A stretch of 63,940 nt of DNA, filler included, from an uncultured bacterium (GTDB lineage Bacteria > CAYJRR01), in NCBI GenBank assembly GCA_964372275.1. It is 6 parts of 6 records of this genome, joined end to end, with 100 filler letters (N's around TTAATTAATTAA, not from the genome) between each part and the next. Parts side by side here need not be neighbours in the genome. Positions count along the whole stretch, not along the records: positions 12,220 to 24,148 come from CAYJRR010000135.1; positions 24,249 to 36,158 come from CAYJRR010000136.1; 4 more parts are not named here. One strand, 5' to 3'. Positions 19,396 through 29,570 of the stretch are shown one piece after another. How positions within the stretch are numbered: position 1 is the stretch's first letter; the number at the start of each line of letters is the position of its first letter. The position numbers and the translations under genes are program-made. The notes beneath the pieces were generated by a model. It was not told the origin of the DNA. It did not search any database and was given only the letters and a program-made list of their open reading frames with translations.

Positions 19396-20073
19396 TCACG
19401 GCGCCGGCCCGTAGGCCACCAGGAACCAATCGCGGCTGAGCTTCACCAGGATGCGCCGGTCCGGGTCCCACCCGCCGGCGCGAAGCAGCGCGTCGATCTC
19501 CAGCGGCTCGTAGTAGCGGAGGTAGACGCCGTTGAGGAGGAAGCGCGCCTTGCGGATCGCCGATCGCACCGTCCATCGACGCGGGAAGCTGGCGATCAGG
19601 ATCCCTTTCGACAGCTGCCGCATCTTGCGCAGGTGGAACGCCGGATCGCGCATGTAGTCGAAGTAACCCATGGCGAACAGAACGTCGAAGCGCTCGTCGG
19701 TCCGGAACGACTCGAAATCGCAGGTCACGAATCGGCACGTCGCGTCGACCCCCGCCGCCCGCGCGTTCTCCAGTGCCAACGCCACCATCGTCGGCGCCGG
19801 CTCCACCCCCAGCGCGCTCCCCGCCCCCGCCCGCACCGCCTCGACCGCGTACCGCCCCGGCCCGCACCCGACGTCGAGACAGCTCCACCCCGCCGCCCGC
19901 ATCCCCGCGATCTTCACCGCCAGCTCGAACCGCTGCCGGATCACCCGCCGGAACAACGCATCGACCACCCGCTCGCCGATCGACTTCCGCTCGACGTAAA
20001 TCCGGTCGAAGCGCCGCGCCTCCTGCTCGAAGAGCTGCGCGGAATCGTTCGACGGCGAGAGCGCGGAGGGCAC
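19396..20073 (-). CDS. Class I SAM-dependent methyltransferase
   Basis: CLDVGCGPGRY; FDVLFAMGYFDY. Confidence 0.85.
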   Translation of the reverse strand: MPSALSPSNDSAQLFEQEARRFDRIYVERKSIGERVVDALFRRVIRQRFELAVKIAGMRAAGWSCLDVGCGPGRYAVEAVRAGAGSALGVEPAPTMVALALENARAAGVDATCRFVTCDFESFRTDERFDVLFAMGYFDYMRDPAFHLRKMRQLSKGILIASFPRRWTVRSAIRKARFLLNGVYLRYYEPLEIDALLRAGGWDPDRRILVKLSRDWFLVAYGPAP

Positions 20074-20156
20074 GGGAGCGAATCCTCGCCCGACGCCCGA
20101 CGCCGGTCAACGCGCAAGGGCGCCCGCGCCGACGCCGGCGGCCGCCAACGCGCGGT

Positions 20157-20882
20157 CTAGCCGGGGCGAACCGGTCGGCCGCGTCGGCGCGCGGCGAGCT
20201 CGCGCCGGAGTCGGAACAGTCCGACGAGGTGTTCGGCCGCGATACGCGGCACCCGGGTCGGGCGGTAGACCTGCGTCGTCCCGCTGGCGCGGGGCCGGTG
20301 TCGAACCGGGGTCTCGACGATCGACAGATCGGCCGCCGCCGCGCGGGCGAGGAACTCCCACCAGAAACCCTGCTTCAGGACGCCAACCTCGCCTTCCAGG
20401 ATCCGGCGAAGCGCGTCCCGCGTCATGAGCAGGTAGGGGCAGGAGGGATCGCGAACCGGCACGGTGAAGAGGGCGCGGTAGACCGTCTTGAAGGCGCCGG
20501 ACATCCAGAGCCGCACCCACGGATCGACCCGCGGATTGCGGTAACCGACCACCAGATCGTGTCCTCGGGAGAGCCGGTGGAGCGCCGCGAAGTCGGCCGG
20601 GTCGCACTGTCCGTCGGAGTCGATGAAGCCGACGAGCGGCGCCTCGGTGGCGCGGAACCCGTCGATCACCGCCCGCGAGTAGCCCTTTCGCGCCCGATCG
20701 GAGAGGAGCTTGATCGGCAATCGCGCCGACAGCTCGCGCACCACGTCGGCGGTGCCGTCGGTCGATCCGTCCTCGCTGACGACGAACCGGATCGGAGGCA
20801 CACCCTCCAGGCCCGAGACGATCCGAAAGAATTCGGTGAGCGTCGCGCCGATCGAGAGGGCTTCGTTGTGCGCCGGCAGCAC
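20157..20882 (-). CDS. Glycosyltransferase family 2 (DPM1-like); start may lie ~20 nt further upstream
   Basis: LPAHNEA, EDGSTDGT, FIDSDGQ, LVVGYR. Confidence 0.92.
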   Translation of the reverse strand: MLPAHNEALSIGATLTEFFRIVSGLEGVPPIRFVVSEDGSTDGTADVVRELSARLPIKLLSDRARKGYSRAVIDGFRATEAPLVGFIDSDGQCDPADFAALHRLSRGHDLVVGYRNPRVDPWVRLWMSGAFKTVYRALFTVPVRDPSCPYLLMTRDALRRILEGEVGVLKQGFWWEFLARAAAADLSIVETPVRHRPRASGTTQVYRPTRVPRIAAEHLVGLFRLRRELAARRRGRPVRPG

Positions 20883-20910
20883 GATGTCGATCGCGGAGTC
20901 CAGCCTCGCC

Positions 20911-21963
20911 TCACCGCTCCATCAGCAACGACTCGAGACGATCGCGGGAGAGCGTCTCGGCGCGGGCGCGATACCAGCGGACGGTCCGTGCGATCCCTTC
21001 GCGCAGCCCGACCCCGGGCTCCCAGGCCAGGAGCGCGCGGCACCGTGCGTTGTCGGCGGCTCGGCTCTTGACCCCCACGGGCCGGTCGAGCTGTCGCTCG
21101 ATCGCCGCGGGCCTCCAGCCGGTCTCGGCGAAGATCGCTTCGCACAGGTCGAGGACGGTGTGGTGCTCCGAGGTGCCGACGTTGATCGTCTGGAAGCCCT
21201 CCAGCCGAGCGCCGGCCAGCGCCAAGCCGGTGACGGTGTCTTCGACGTGGGTGAAGTTCCGCGTCTGCTCCCCGGTCCCCCAGATCGGAAAGGGATCGAG
21301 TCGCAACACGGCCTTCGCGATCAGCGCCACCACCGCGTGGGTCTCGTTCTCGCGCTCGCCGTAGGCGGTGAAGATGCGGCAGGCGACCCCGGAGAGGCGG
21401 CGCTGCTTCCAGAACGCGCGCAGCTGGAGCTCTCCCATCAGCTTCGCCCAGCCGTATTCGCCGTCGGAGAACGCCTTGCCGGGCTCGTCGAAGGTGGCGT
21501 CCTCCTCGCGGAGCAGCGCGCGCGACGACTCGTCGGCCTGGAGCGTCGTGGGGTAGACGCACGCCGAGCTGGCGAAGACGACCTTGGACGCGCCGGCGTC
21601 GGCGGCGGCGGCGAAGACGGCGTGGTCGAGCACCATGTTGTTCACGCACTCGACCGGGTGGGATTCGATGTAGCCGCGCCCGCCGTGCGCCGCCGCCAGA
21701 TGGAACACGATCTCCCGGTCGACGCAGGCCGACGCCGCGACGCCGTCTGCGCGCAGATCGCCGCGGACGAAGTCGACCTCGCCGATCACCCCGTCGAGGT
21801 TCTCCCGGCGCCCGCTCGACAGGTCGTCGACGACCCGCACCCGGGCTCCGGACCGCACCAGGAGCTCGACCAGATGGCTGCCGATGAACGACGCGCCGCC
21901 GGTCACCAGGACGCGCCGTCCTCCGTACCACGCGAGGGAGGGGGCCACGGGGGAGGGACTCAC
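20911..21963 (-). CDS. NAD-dependent epimerase/dehydratase
   Basis: VLVTGGASFIGSHL, VFASSACVYP, YGWAK (YxxxK), WGTGEQTRNFTHV; start approximate (GTG 21963). Confidence 0.93.
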   Translation of the reverse strand: MSPSPVAPSLAWYGGRRVLVTGGASFIGSHLVELLVRSGARVRVVDDLSSGRRENLDGVIGEVDFVRGDLRADGVAASACVDREIVFHLAAAHGGRGYIESHPVECVNNMVLDHAVFAAAADAGASKVVFASSACVYPTTLQADESSRALLREEDATFDEPGKAFSDGEYGWAKLMGELQLRAFWKQRRLSGVACRIFTAYGERENETHAVVALIAKAVLRLDPFPIWGTGEQTRNFTHVEDTVTGLALAGARLEGFQTINVGTSEHHTVLDLCEAIFAETGWRPAAIERQLDRPVGVKSRAADNARCRALLAWEPGVGLREGIARTVRWYRARAETLSRDRLESLLMER

Positions 21964-22049
21964 GGGCGAAAGTGTACCGGGATTCGTTTCCGGGCGCTCC
22001 GCTTGTTTCCGGCGGCGTCGCTGCGGGAAGATCGCCCGCGGCACCATCG

Positions 22050-23357
22050 ATGGCGAAGAGAGCCCCACCGCGAAAGGCGCCGCCGCACGTGACCGCGCGG
22101 CGGTTCCGCCGGCTGTTGCTCCTGCCGCTCGCGCTGCAGCTCGTCCTCGGTATTCAGATTGCGACCCGCGCGATCGGCGGCCGGCCCGATCCGGGCACGC
22201 CGCCGTTCTTTCCGCCGTACGACCGGTTCATGGACTTCTTCAACGTGAACCACATGTCGCTGATCGAGAACCGCTACAGCCGCCAGGACGCGCTCTACCC
22301 TCCGTTCGCCTACGGTGTCGGACGGTTGTTCGTCCTCGATCCGAGAAGCTACGAGCGCGGCGCGCGCGCGGCGCGGCGCTCGATGGAGGCGGGACGGGCG
22401 CTCGGAGCCTTCTTCCTCCTCGGCGCGATCGCGGTGTTCACGGTGTGGTGGCGGGGCGCCCGCGCGATCCGGGACCGGTTCGGCGGGCGCGATCGAGTCG
22501 CCTCGGCGCTGTTCGCGCTGTTCGTGGCATTCAACCTCCCCCTTCTCTACGCGATCGATCGCGGAAACTTCGGGCTCCTCGCCTTCGCCGGCCTCGCCGT
22601 CTACGTGGCGCTGCTCCCGTCGGCGCCCCGGTTCGCCGAGCCGTTCCTGGCGGCCGCGATCAGTTTCAAGCCGCACCTGGGGATCCTGATGGCGCTGTTC
22701 GTCTCGCGCGAGCGGTGGGCCTCCGGGGCGCGGATCGTCGCCTACGGCGTCCTGCTGAACTACCTCGCGGCGAAGGGGCTCGGCGCCCCCAGCTTCGTCG
22801 AGGAGATGAAGGGGGAGCTCCGCAACATCGCCCGGTTCGAGGGGACCTTCAACCTGGTCGAGCGGCTGAACATGTCGGTGAGCGCCACCAACCTCTACGC
22901 CCTTCCGCTTCACCTCCTGGGCCTGGAAGAGGTGCGGATCCTGATCCAGAAGTACGCCTACTGGCCGGCGGTGCTCGGCATCGTCGGCGTGGCCGCCTGG
23001 CTCATGGCCCGCGCGCGCGTCGAGTTCGAGCAGCGCCTGGCGTGGGTGACGCTGATGGTCTGCGTCTTCCCCTACGTCTCCTTCTACTACAGCGTGCTGC
23101 TCGCCCTGCCTTTCGTCCCGACCTGGATCCGGCAATACGGCGACGCGTGGCGCTCGCCGCTGCCACCGGTCCTCCTCTCGATGTCGTCGATCAACTTCTT
23201 CCGGATCCTGTCCGGCCACCCCGGCCCCCCGTTCCAGGCCTACACCCTCTACGCGACCGAACAGTCGATCCTCACCCCCCTGCTGCTGGTGGCGGCGATG
23301 GCGATGATCGCGCGCGACTGGCGCGTCGCCGGGACCGAACGTCCGGCCGCGCCTTGA
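22050..23357 (+). CDS. Polytopic membrane glycosyltransferase, GT87/DUF2029-like
   Basis: FMDF, YPPF, PLLYAIDRGN, AISFKPH motifs; many transmembrane segments. Confidence 0.75.
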   Translation: MAKRAPPRKAPPHVTARRFRRLLLLPLALQLVLGIQIATRAIGGRPDPGTPPFFPPYDRFMDFFNVNHMSLIENRYSRQDALYPPFAYGVGRLFVLDPRSYERGARAARRSMEAGRALGAFFLLGAIAVFTVWWRGARAIRDRFGGRDRVASALFALFVAFNLPLLYAIDRGNFGLLAFAGLAVYVALLPSAPRFAEPFLAAAISFKPHLGILMALFVSRERWASGARIVAYGVLLNYLAAKGLGAPSFVEEMKGELRNIARFEGTFNLVERLNMSVSATNLYALPLHLLGLEEVRILIQKYAYWPAVLGIVGVAAWLMARARVEFEQRLAWVTLMVCVFPYVSFYYSVLLALPFVPTWIRQYGDAWRSPLPPVLLSMSSINFFRILSGHPGPPFQAYTLYATEQSILTPLLLVAAMAMIARDWRVAGTERPAAP

Positions 23358-23384
23358 CCACCCGGCCGATCCCGTTCGCCGGAT

Positions 23385-24014
23385 TCAGATCGCGTCCAGG
23401 CGAACCCGCGCCGGCCGCGCGCTCCGGGCGGCCTGGGCGACCGTCTGCGTCTCGAACTCGGCGAGCACGCGCGCCAGGCGCCGGCGCGTGTCGCGGAGGT
23501 TGTGGTAGTGGGTGAAGGTCGGCACCGCCCCGAACCGCACGCGCGGGTGGTCGGGGTCGAGCTCCCACGGATGGAGGTAGAAGACCGGCGCCCCCCCCGC
23601 GCGCGCGTATCGCCGCAGGTTCGCCAGCGTCAGCGCCAGCGGAAAGAGCCGGAAGTAGCCGCCGCCCCCCGCCGGCATCGTCACCCCGAACCGCCGCACC
23701 ACCGACACCGGGATCTCCAGGATCGTCCCCGCCGCCGTCTCGACCTCGACCGCCCGGTCCGGAAACCCGGGGATTCCGTACCGGTAGTGCCGCACCGGCG
23801 CGATGCTGGCGTCGACCGCGAACCCCGCCCGCGCCAGCTCCTCCAGGACCCACAACGACGCCCGCGTCACCGAGAAGTAGGGGGCCCGGAAGGCCGTCAC
23901 CGCCGCCCCGCACGCGTCCTCCAGCTCCCCCTTCGCCCGCGCGACCTCCTCGCGAAACCGCTCCCGCGGCAGCTCGAACAAAAAGTCGTGCCGCCACCCG
24001 TGGCACCCCACCTC
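23385..24014 (-). CDS. Polysaccharide deacetylase with DUF3473 (XrtA/PEP-CTERM-associated type), N-terminus truncated
   Basis: GCHGWRH, AFRAPYFS, GGGYFRLFP, FYLHPWELDPDHPR. Confidence 0.9.
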   Translation of the reverse strand, partial: EVGCHGWRHDFLFELPRERFREEVARAKGELEDACGAAVTAFRAPYFSVTRASLWVLEELARAGFAVDASIAPVRHYRYGIPGFPDRAVEVETAAGTILEIPVSVVRRFGVTMPAGGGGYFRLFPLALTLANLRRYARAGGAPVFYLHPWELDPDHPRVRFGAVPTFTHYHNLRDTRRRLARVLAEFETQTVAQAARSARPARVRLDAI

Positions 24015-24148
24015 NNNNNNNNNNNNNNNNNNNNNNNNNNNNNNNNNNNNNNNNCGCCGCCCCCCCCCCCCCCCCCGGGGGGGGGGNNNNNNNNNNNNNN
24101 NNNNNNNNNNNNNNNNNNNNNNNNNNGGGGCGCCCCCCCCCCGCCCCC

Positions 24149-24248
24149 NNNNNNNNNNNNNNNNNNNNNNNNNNNNNNNNNNNNNNNNNNNNTTAATTAA
24201 TTAANNNNNNNNNNNNNNNNNNNNNNNNNNNNNNNNNNNNNNNNNNNN
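24149..24248. other. Artificial contig linker (preceded by low-quality gapped poly-C/G sequence, 24015-24148)
   Basis: N-run + TTAATTAATTAA (24193-24204) + N-run. Confidence 0.97.
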
Positions 24249-26744
24249 GCCGTTTCGCCGCGCGAGGCCGAGCGACCGCGTCTTCGACCGGTTCCGACCT
24301 CGACCGCGCGCGCGAGCTTTCGACCCGCGCCGCCGGGGGCGAGAGGGCTCGACGCCGGCGGCAGGCCCGACGCCGGCGGCCGGCCCGAGCCGGTTCGAAT
24401 CCTGATGGCCGAGCCGCCGATCCCGGCGCGGACGATGCGGCCGCACGGCCGGCCGGTGGTCCGGCCGGGGGATCGGCCACAGCCGCTGGGGGTCGACGAG
24501 GAGGGGACGCCGGTGGCCGATCTGCTCGACGCGGGGGCGGTGCTTGCGGGACCGGAGCCTGGTGCGCCCGCCGGCCGCTCGCCGCTCCCTTCCGATCCGG
24601 GGCCGGCGCGCCGACTCGACGACGTCCGGTCGGCGCTCAAGACCCTCTCGCAATCGGTCACCGAGGCGCCGGGCGTCGGTCCGAAGACGGCGGAGCTCCT
24701 CGGCGAGCTCGGGGTCCGGACTCTGGAGGACGCGCTGTTCGACCTCCCCCGCGGGTACCAAGACCGGAGCCGTCTCCGAAAGATTTCGGAGCTGGTCCCC
24801 GGCCGCCTCGACACCGTGCAGGGGACGATCCGTTCGCGCGGCACGATCCGCCTCGGGATGCGGCAAGGCTTCGAGGTGATCGTCGAGGATCAAACCGGCG
24901 CGGTGCGTGCCAAATGGTTCCACGCCCACCGCGGGATGGAGAGCCGTTTCGAGGAGGGGGCGCGGGTCGTCTTCGCCGGCCGCTTCGACCGACCGCGGGT
25001 CAAGAGCGGCGCCTCCGAGCTCCTCGAGGTGGTCCATCCGGAGATCGAGGTGCTCGACGAGGAGGACGGACCGGAGAGCTTCGCCCGCATCACCCCGGTC
25101 TACGCCCTCACCGAGGGTCTGGGTCAGAAGACGCGGCGAAAGATCCAGGAGGGGATCGTGGAGCGCTGGGCGTCGCTCGTCCCCCCCGCCGCGCCGTTCT
25201 GGGTCCGGCAGAAGCGCGACCTCGCGGCCCCCGCGGAGGCGCTGGCGGCGGCACACGTCCCGGCCGCCGGCGAAGAGGTGCAGTCCCTTTCCGAGGGACG
25301 CAGCCGCTGGCACCGCTCGCTCGCCTACGACGAGCTGTTCGCGCTGCAGGTCGGGCTGCTGCTGCGCAAGCGGCAAGGGGCACGCGACCGCGCGCCGCAG
25401 CTCAAGGTCCTCCACGGTCTGGTGGCCCGGCTGGCGGGGATGCTCCCGTATCCGCTCACCGACGCGCAGGAGCGGGTCCTGGCGGAGATCAAGCGCGACC
25501 TGCTCAGTCCGCGGCCGATGCACCGCCTGTTGCAGGGGGACGTCGGCTCGGGGAAGACGGTCGTCGCGCTGATGGTGGCGTTGATCGCGGTCGAAAACCG
25601 CACCCAGGTGGCGCTGATGGCGCCGACCGAGATCCTCGCCGAGCAGCACTACCTCTTCGCGAAGGGGACGGTGGAGCGGCTGGGGGTCCGCTGCGCGCTG
25701 CTCACCGGCGGCCTCCCCAAGGGAACCCGCGAAGAGTCGATCCGGCGGATCGCCGCCGGTGAGGTCGACCTGGTGCTCGGCACCCACAGCCTGATCCAGG
25801 AGGGGGTGCAGTTCCGAAACCTTTCGTTGGCCATCGTCGACGAGCAGCACCGCTTCGGCGTGGTGCAGCGCGCGGCCCTGAAGCAGAAGGGGACGCAGCC
25901 GCACGTGCTGATCATGACGGCGACGCCGATCCCCCGCACCCTGGCCCTGACCGAGTTCGGCGATCTCGACCTCTCGGTGATCGACCGTCTCCCCCCCGAT
26001 CGGCGCACGGTCGAGACCCGCGTCTGCGGGGAGGAGGAGCGGAGCATGGTCTACGCCCAGGTGCGCTCCGACGTCTCGACGGGTCGCCAGGCGTTCGTCG
26101 TCTATCCGACGATCGACGGCGACGAGGCGGCGACGGCGGCGGGGGTGGTCGAAGGCCAGAAGAAGCTGCAGCGGGACGTCTTCCCCGAATTCCGCGTCGG
26201 CCTGCTCCACGGGAGGATGACCCGCGAGGAGAAGGAAGGGACGATGACCCGCTTCAAGGCGGGCGCGATCGACATCCTCGCCGCGACGACGGTGGTCGAG
26301 GTGGGGGTCGACGTGCAGAACGCGACGGTGATGGTGGTCGAGCACGCCGAGCGGTTCGGATTGGCGCCGCTGCATCAGCTCCGCGGGCGCGTCGGGCGAG
26401 GCGCCGCCAAGTCGCGCGCCTTCTTCATGGTCGCCCGCGAGGCGGCGGACGAGGCACGGGAGCGGCTGGAGCTCCTGGAACGGACCTCGGACGGCTTCGA
26501 GGTGGCGCTGGCCGACCTCGACCGTCGCGGGGCGGGGGACGTCGCCGGAAGCCGGCAAAGCGGGATGCCGCCGTTCCGGCTCGCCGACCCGCAGCGCGAC
26601 CTCGACCTGTTGGAGCTGGCGCGCGAGGACGCCGGCCAGATGCTGTCGATCGATTCCAAGCTGCGCGAGCCGGAGCACCGCCTGGTGCACGAGGTGGTGA
26701 AGCACCGTTGGAAGGGGCGCCTGAACCTCTCGGACGTGGGCTAG
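24249..26744 (+). CDS. recG: ATP-dependent DNA helicase RecG; frame is open to the contig edge, first ATG at 24405
   Basis: PRGYQDRS wedge region, RLLQGDVGSGKT, MAPTEILAEQH, DEQHRFGV, MTATPIPRTL, LHQLRGRVGRG, TSDGFEVA. Confidence 0.97.
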   Translation, partial: AVSPREAERPRLRPVPTSTARASFRPAPPGARGLDAGGRPDAGGRPEPVRILMAEPPIPARTMRPHGRPVVRPGDRPQPLGVDEEGTPVADLLDAGAVLAGPEPGAPAGRSPLPSDPGPARRLDDVRSALKTLSQSVTEAPGVGPKTAELLGELGVRTLEDALFDLPRGYQDRSRLRKISELVPGRLDTVQGTIRSRGTIRLGMRQGFEVIVEDQTGAVRAKWFHAHRGMESRFEEGARVVFAGRFDRPRVKSGASELLEVVHPEIEVLDEEDGPESFARITPVYALTEGLGQKTRRKIQEGIVERWASLVPPAAPFWVRQKRDLAAPAEALAAAHVPAAGEEVQSLSEGRSRWHRSLAYDELFALQVGLLLRKRQGARDRAPQLKVLHGLVARLAGMLPYPLTDAQERVLAEIKRDLLSPRPMHRLLQGDVGSGKTVVALMVALIAVENRTQVALMAPTEILAEQHYLFAKGTVERLGVRCALLTGGLPKGTREESIRRIAAGEVDLVLGTHSLIQEGVQFRNLSLAIVDEQHRFGVVQRAALKQKGTQPHVLIMTATPIPRTLALTEFGDLDLSVIDRLPPDRRTVETRVCGEEERSMVYAQVRSDVSTGRQAFVVYPTIDGDEAATAAGVVEGQKKLQRDVFPEFRVGLLHGRMTREEKEGTMTRFKAGAIDILAATTVVEVGVDVQNATVMVVEHAERFGLAPLHQLRGRVGRGAAKSRAFFMVAREAADEARERLELLERTSDGFEVALADLDRRGAGDVAGSRQSGMPPFRLADPQRDLDLLELAREDAGQMLSIDSKLREPEHRLVHEVVKHRWKGRLNLSDVG

Positions 26745-28060
26745 TGCGCGAGACGATCGTGGTGGGGATGCTGGGGTGCGGCACCGTCGGCGGCGGCGTG
26801 ATCCGCCTGCTCCAGGACAACGCGCCGGAGGTGCGTGAGCGTCTCGGCCGATCGCTGACGGTGAAGCGGATCGCGGTCAAGGACGCGGCCAAGCCGCGCG
26901 GGGTGAAGCTCCCGGCCGGGACGTTGACCGGAGACCCGGCCGCGGTCGTCTCCGATCCCGAGATCGACGTGGTGGTGGAGCTGATCGGCGGCCTGGAGCC
27001 GACCCGGCGCCTGGTGCTGCAGGCGATCGGCGCCGGCAAACACGTCGTCACCGCCAACAAGGCGCTGCTCGCCGCCCACGGACCGGAGCTGTACGCCGCC
27101 GCGAGGAAGAAGGGGGTGACGATCGCCTTCGAAGGGAGCGTGGGGGGCGGGATCCCGGTGATCCGCGCCATCCGCGAGAGCCTCACCGCGAACCGTTTCC
27201 GGCGGATCTTCGGGATCGTGAACGGGACGTCGAACTACATCCTCACCGAGATGACCGAGCGCGGGGCGTCGTTCGCCGCCACCCTCCAGGGGGCCCAGGC
27301 GCTGGGGTACGCCGAGGCCGATCCGTCGCTCGACGTCGGCGGCGGGGACGCCGCGCACAAGATGGCCGTCCTGGCCGCCTGCGCCTGGGACGTGGCGGTT
27401 GATCCGGCGAGGATCCCGACCGAGGGGATCGCCGAGCTCGAGCCGGTCGATGTCGAGAACGCGCGGGCGCTCGGCTTCACCATCAAGTCGCTGGGGATCG
27501 CGTCGATCGTCGACGGAGGTCTCCACCTGCGGGTGCAGCCGACCTTCGTTCCCGTCGGTCACGTGCTCGCGGGGGTGCGCGGTCCCTTCAACGCGATCTA
27601 CATCTCCGGCGAACCGGTCGGGCCGCTGCTCCTCTACGGACGCGGCGCCGGCGCCGGTCCGACCGCCTCGGCGGTCGTCGGCGACCTGCTCGAAGTCGGC
27701 CGCGACCTGGTCTCCGGCGGCGTCGCCCGCGTTCCGCTGCCGTCGACCCACGGCGGCGTCCCGCTCGCCGATCCCCAGACGTTCGTGTCGTCCTTCTACC
27801 TGCGGGTGACCGCCTTCGACCGGCCGGGGGTGCTGGCGAAGGTGGCGGGGGCGCTCGGCGGCCAGGGGATCTCGATCGCCAACGTGTCGCAGAAGGAGCA
27901 CGGAGCGGGGAAGGCCGTTCCGATCCTGGTGCTCACCAAGCCTTGCGAGGAGCGGGCGATCCGGGCCGCGGTGAAGGAGATCGACGCCCAACCGTCGGTC
28001 GCCGCCGCCAGGACCCGGGTGCTGCACGTCGAGACGTTCGACGACGAGGCGGCGGCGTGA
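26744..28060 (+). CDS. hom: Homoserine dehydrogenase with C-terminal ACT domain
   Basis: GTG overlapping the recG stop; GCGTVGGG, VVTANKA, FEGSVGGGIP, NGTSNYIL, GYAEADP, GRGAG, DRPGVLA. Confidence 0.96.
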   Translation: MRETIVVGMLGCGTVGGGVIRLLQDNAPEVRERLGRSLTVKRIAVKDAAKPRGVKLPAGTLTGDPAAVVSDPEIDVVVELIGGLEPTRRLVLQAIGAGKHVVTANKALLAAHGPELYAAARKKGVTIAFEGSVGGGIPVIRAIRESLTANRFRRIFGIVNGTSNYILTEMTERGASFAATLQGAQALGYAEADPSLDVGGGDAAHKMAVLAACAWDVAVDPARIPTEGIAELEPVDVENARALGFTIKSLGIASIVDGGLHLRVQPTFVPVGHVLAGVRGPFNAIYISGEPVGPLLLYGRGAGAGPTASAVVGDLLEVGRDLVSGGVARVPLPSTHGGVPLADPQTFVSSFYLRVTAFDRPGVLAKVAGALGGQGISIANVSQKEHGAGKAVPILVLTKPCEERAIRAAVKEIDAQPSVAAARTRVLHVETFDDEAAA

Positions 28061-28092
28061 CGGCGTCGCCGGGAGGAGGGGGGGCGCGAACG

Positions 28093-29139
28093 ATGGCGTG
28101 GCGGGGGATCCAGGAGGAGTACCGCGACCACCTTCCGCTCCGGCATCCGGAACGCGCCGTGACGCTGCTCGAAGGGGGGACGCCGCTCGTTCCGGCCCCG
28201 GCGCTCGCCGCCCGCGTGGGAGGTCACGTATTCCTTAAGATCGAGGGGGCCAACCCCACGGGATCGTTCAAGGATCGTGGGATGTGTTACGCCTTGAGCC
28301 GCGCCGTCGAAGCGGGGGCGAAAGGGGTCGTCTGCGCGTCGACCGGGAACACCTCGGCCTCGGCGGCGGCCTACGCGGCGCGGGCGAATCTCCACGCCTA
28401 CGTCGTGGTACCGAAGGGGAAGATCGCGCTCGGAAAGCTCTTGCAGGCGATGGTGCACGGCGCGCGCGTGCTGCAGGTCCAGGGGAACTTCGACCAGGCG
28501 TTGGAGGTCGTACGTCAGGTCTCCGAACGGCTCGGCCACACGCTCGTCAACTCGCTCAATCCCGACCGCCTGGTCGGGCAGCGGACGGCGGCGTTCGAGA
28601 TCTGCGACGCCTTGCGCCGTGCGCCGGACTACCACTTCCTCCCCGTCGGCAACGCTGGGAACATCACCGCCTACTGGCAGGGCTACGGCGTCTACCACGC
28701 GGCCGGACGGATCTCTGCGCGCCCGAAGATGATGGGCTGGCAGGCGGCCGGTGCCGCGCCGATCGTGGACGGCCGGCCGGTCGCCCGGCCGGAGACGATC
28801 GCCACCGCGATCCAGATCGGAAATCCGGCGCGCTGGAACGAGGCGACAAGCGCGCGTGACGAGAGCGGCGGCGCGATCGGAAAGGTGACCGACGAGGAGA
28901 TCCGCGACGCCTACCTGTTCCTCGCGGCGAAGGTCGGGGTCTTCTGCGAGCCGGCCTCCGCCGCCGGCGTCGCCGGCATGTTGAAGATGGCGGCGGAGCG
29001 CCGGTTCCCCGACGACGCGATCCTCGTCGCGACCCTCACCGGGAACGGCCTCAAGGACCCCGACTTCGGTCTGAAGCACCTCCCCGGTCCGGTCACCGTC
29101 CCACCGGAGATCGACGCCGTGCTGAAGGCGCTGTCGTGA
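28093..29139 (+). CDS. thrC: Threonine synthase
   Basis: EGGTPL, NPTGSFKDRGM, CASTGNTSAS, PVGNAGNI, FCEPASAA, TGNGLKDP. Confidence 0.96.
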   Translation: MAWRGIQEEYRDHLPLRHPERAVTLLEGGTPLVPAPALAARVGGHVFLKIEGANPTGSFKDRGMCYALSRAVEAGAKGVVCASTGNTSASAAAYAARANLHAYVVVPKGKIALGKLLQAMVHGARVLQVQGNFDQALEVVRQVSERLGHTLVNSLNPDRLVGQRTAAFEICDALRRAPDYHFLPVGNAGNITAYWQGYGVYHAAGRISARPKMMGWQAAGAAPIVDGRPVARPETIATAIQIGNPARWNEATSARDESGGAIGKVTDEEIRDAYLFLAAKVGVFCEPASAAGVAGMLKMAAERRFPDDAILVATLTGNGLKDPDFGLKHLPGPVTVPPEIDAVLKALS

Positions 29140-29570
29140 GTGCGGTCCCGACGCGGCTGCGCGTGCTCTACGGGGACACCGACCAGATGGGGATCGTCTA
29201 CTACGCCAACTACCTGCGGTGGTTCGAGGCGGGTCGCAACGAGCTGATCCGCGCGCGGGGGATGACCTACCGACAGATCGAGGACCGCGGACTGATGCTG
29301 CCGGTCGTCGAGGCGGTCGCGCGTTACCATGCCAGCGCCTTCTACGACGACGTGGTCGAGATCTCGACCCGGGTGGCGGAGGTCGGGCGGGCGCGGGTGC
29401 GATTCGAGTACGACGTCGTCGTGGCCGGCGACGCGCAGGCGCCGGCCGGAACCCGACGCGCCCCGAAGGAGCTCCTCGCCACCGGCTCGACCACCCACGC
29501 CTGCCTCGACCGGGAGAGCCGCAAGCCGGCGCGCATCCCCCGTGATATCGCCGAGAGGCTTCGACCATGA
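29136..29570 (+). CDS. Acyl-CoA thioesterase (YbgC/FadM hotdog family)
   Basis: RVLYGDTDQMGIVYYANYLRWFEAGR. Confidence 0.92.
   Translation: MSAVPTRLRVLYGDTDQMGIVYYANYLRWFEAGRNELIRARGMTYRQIEDRGLMLPVVEAVARYHASAFYDDVVEISTRVAEVGRARVRFEYDVVVAGDAQAPAGTRRAPKELLATGSTTHACLDRESRKPARIPRDIAERLRP

Noticed and set aside
24015..24148. Poly-C/poly-G islands between N-runs (also 47759-47850)
   Set aside because: Low-quality contig-end sequence; not interpretable as G-quadruplex or phase-variable tracts.
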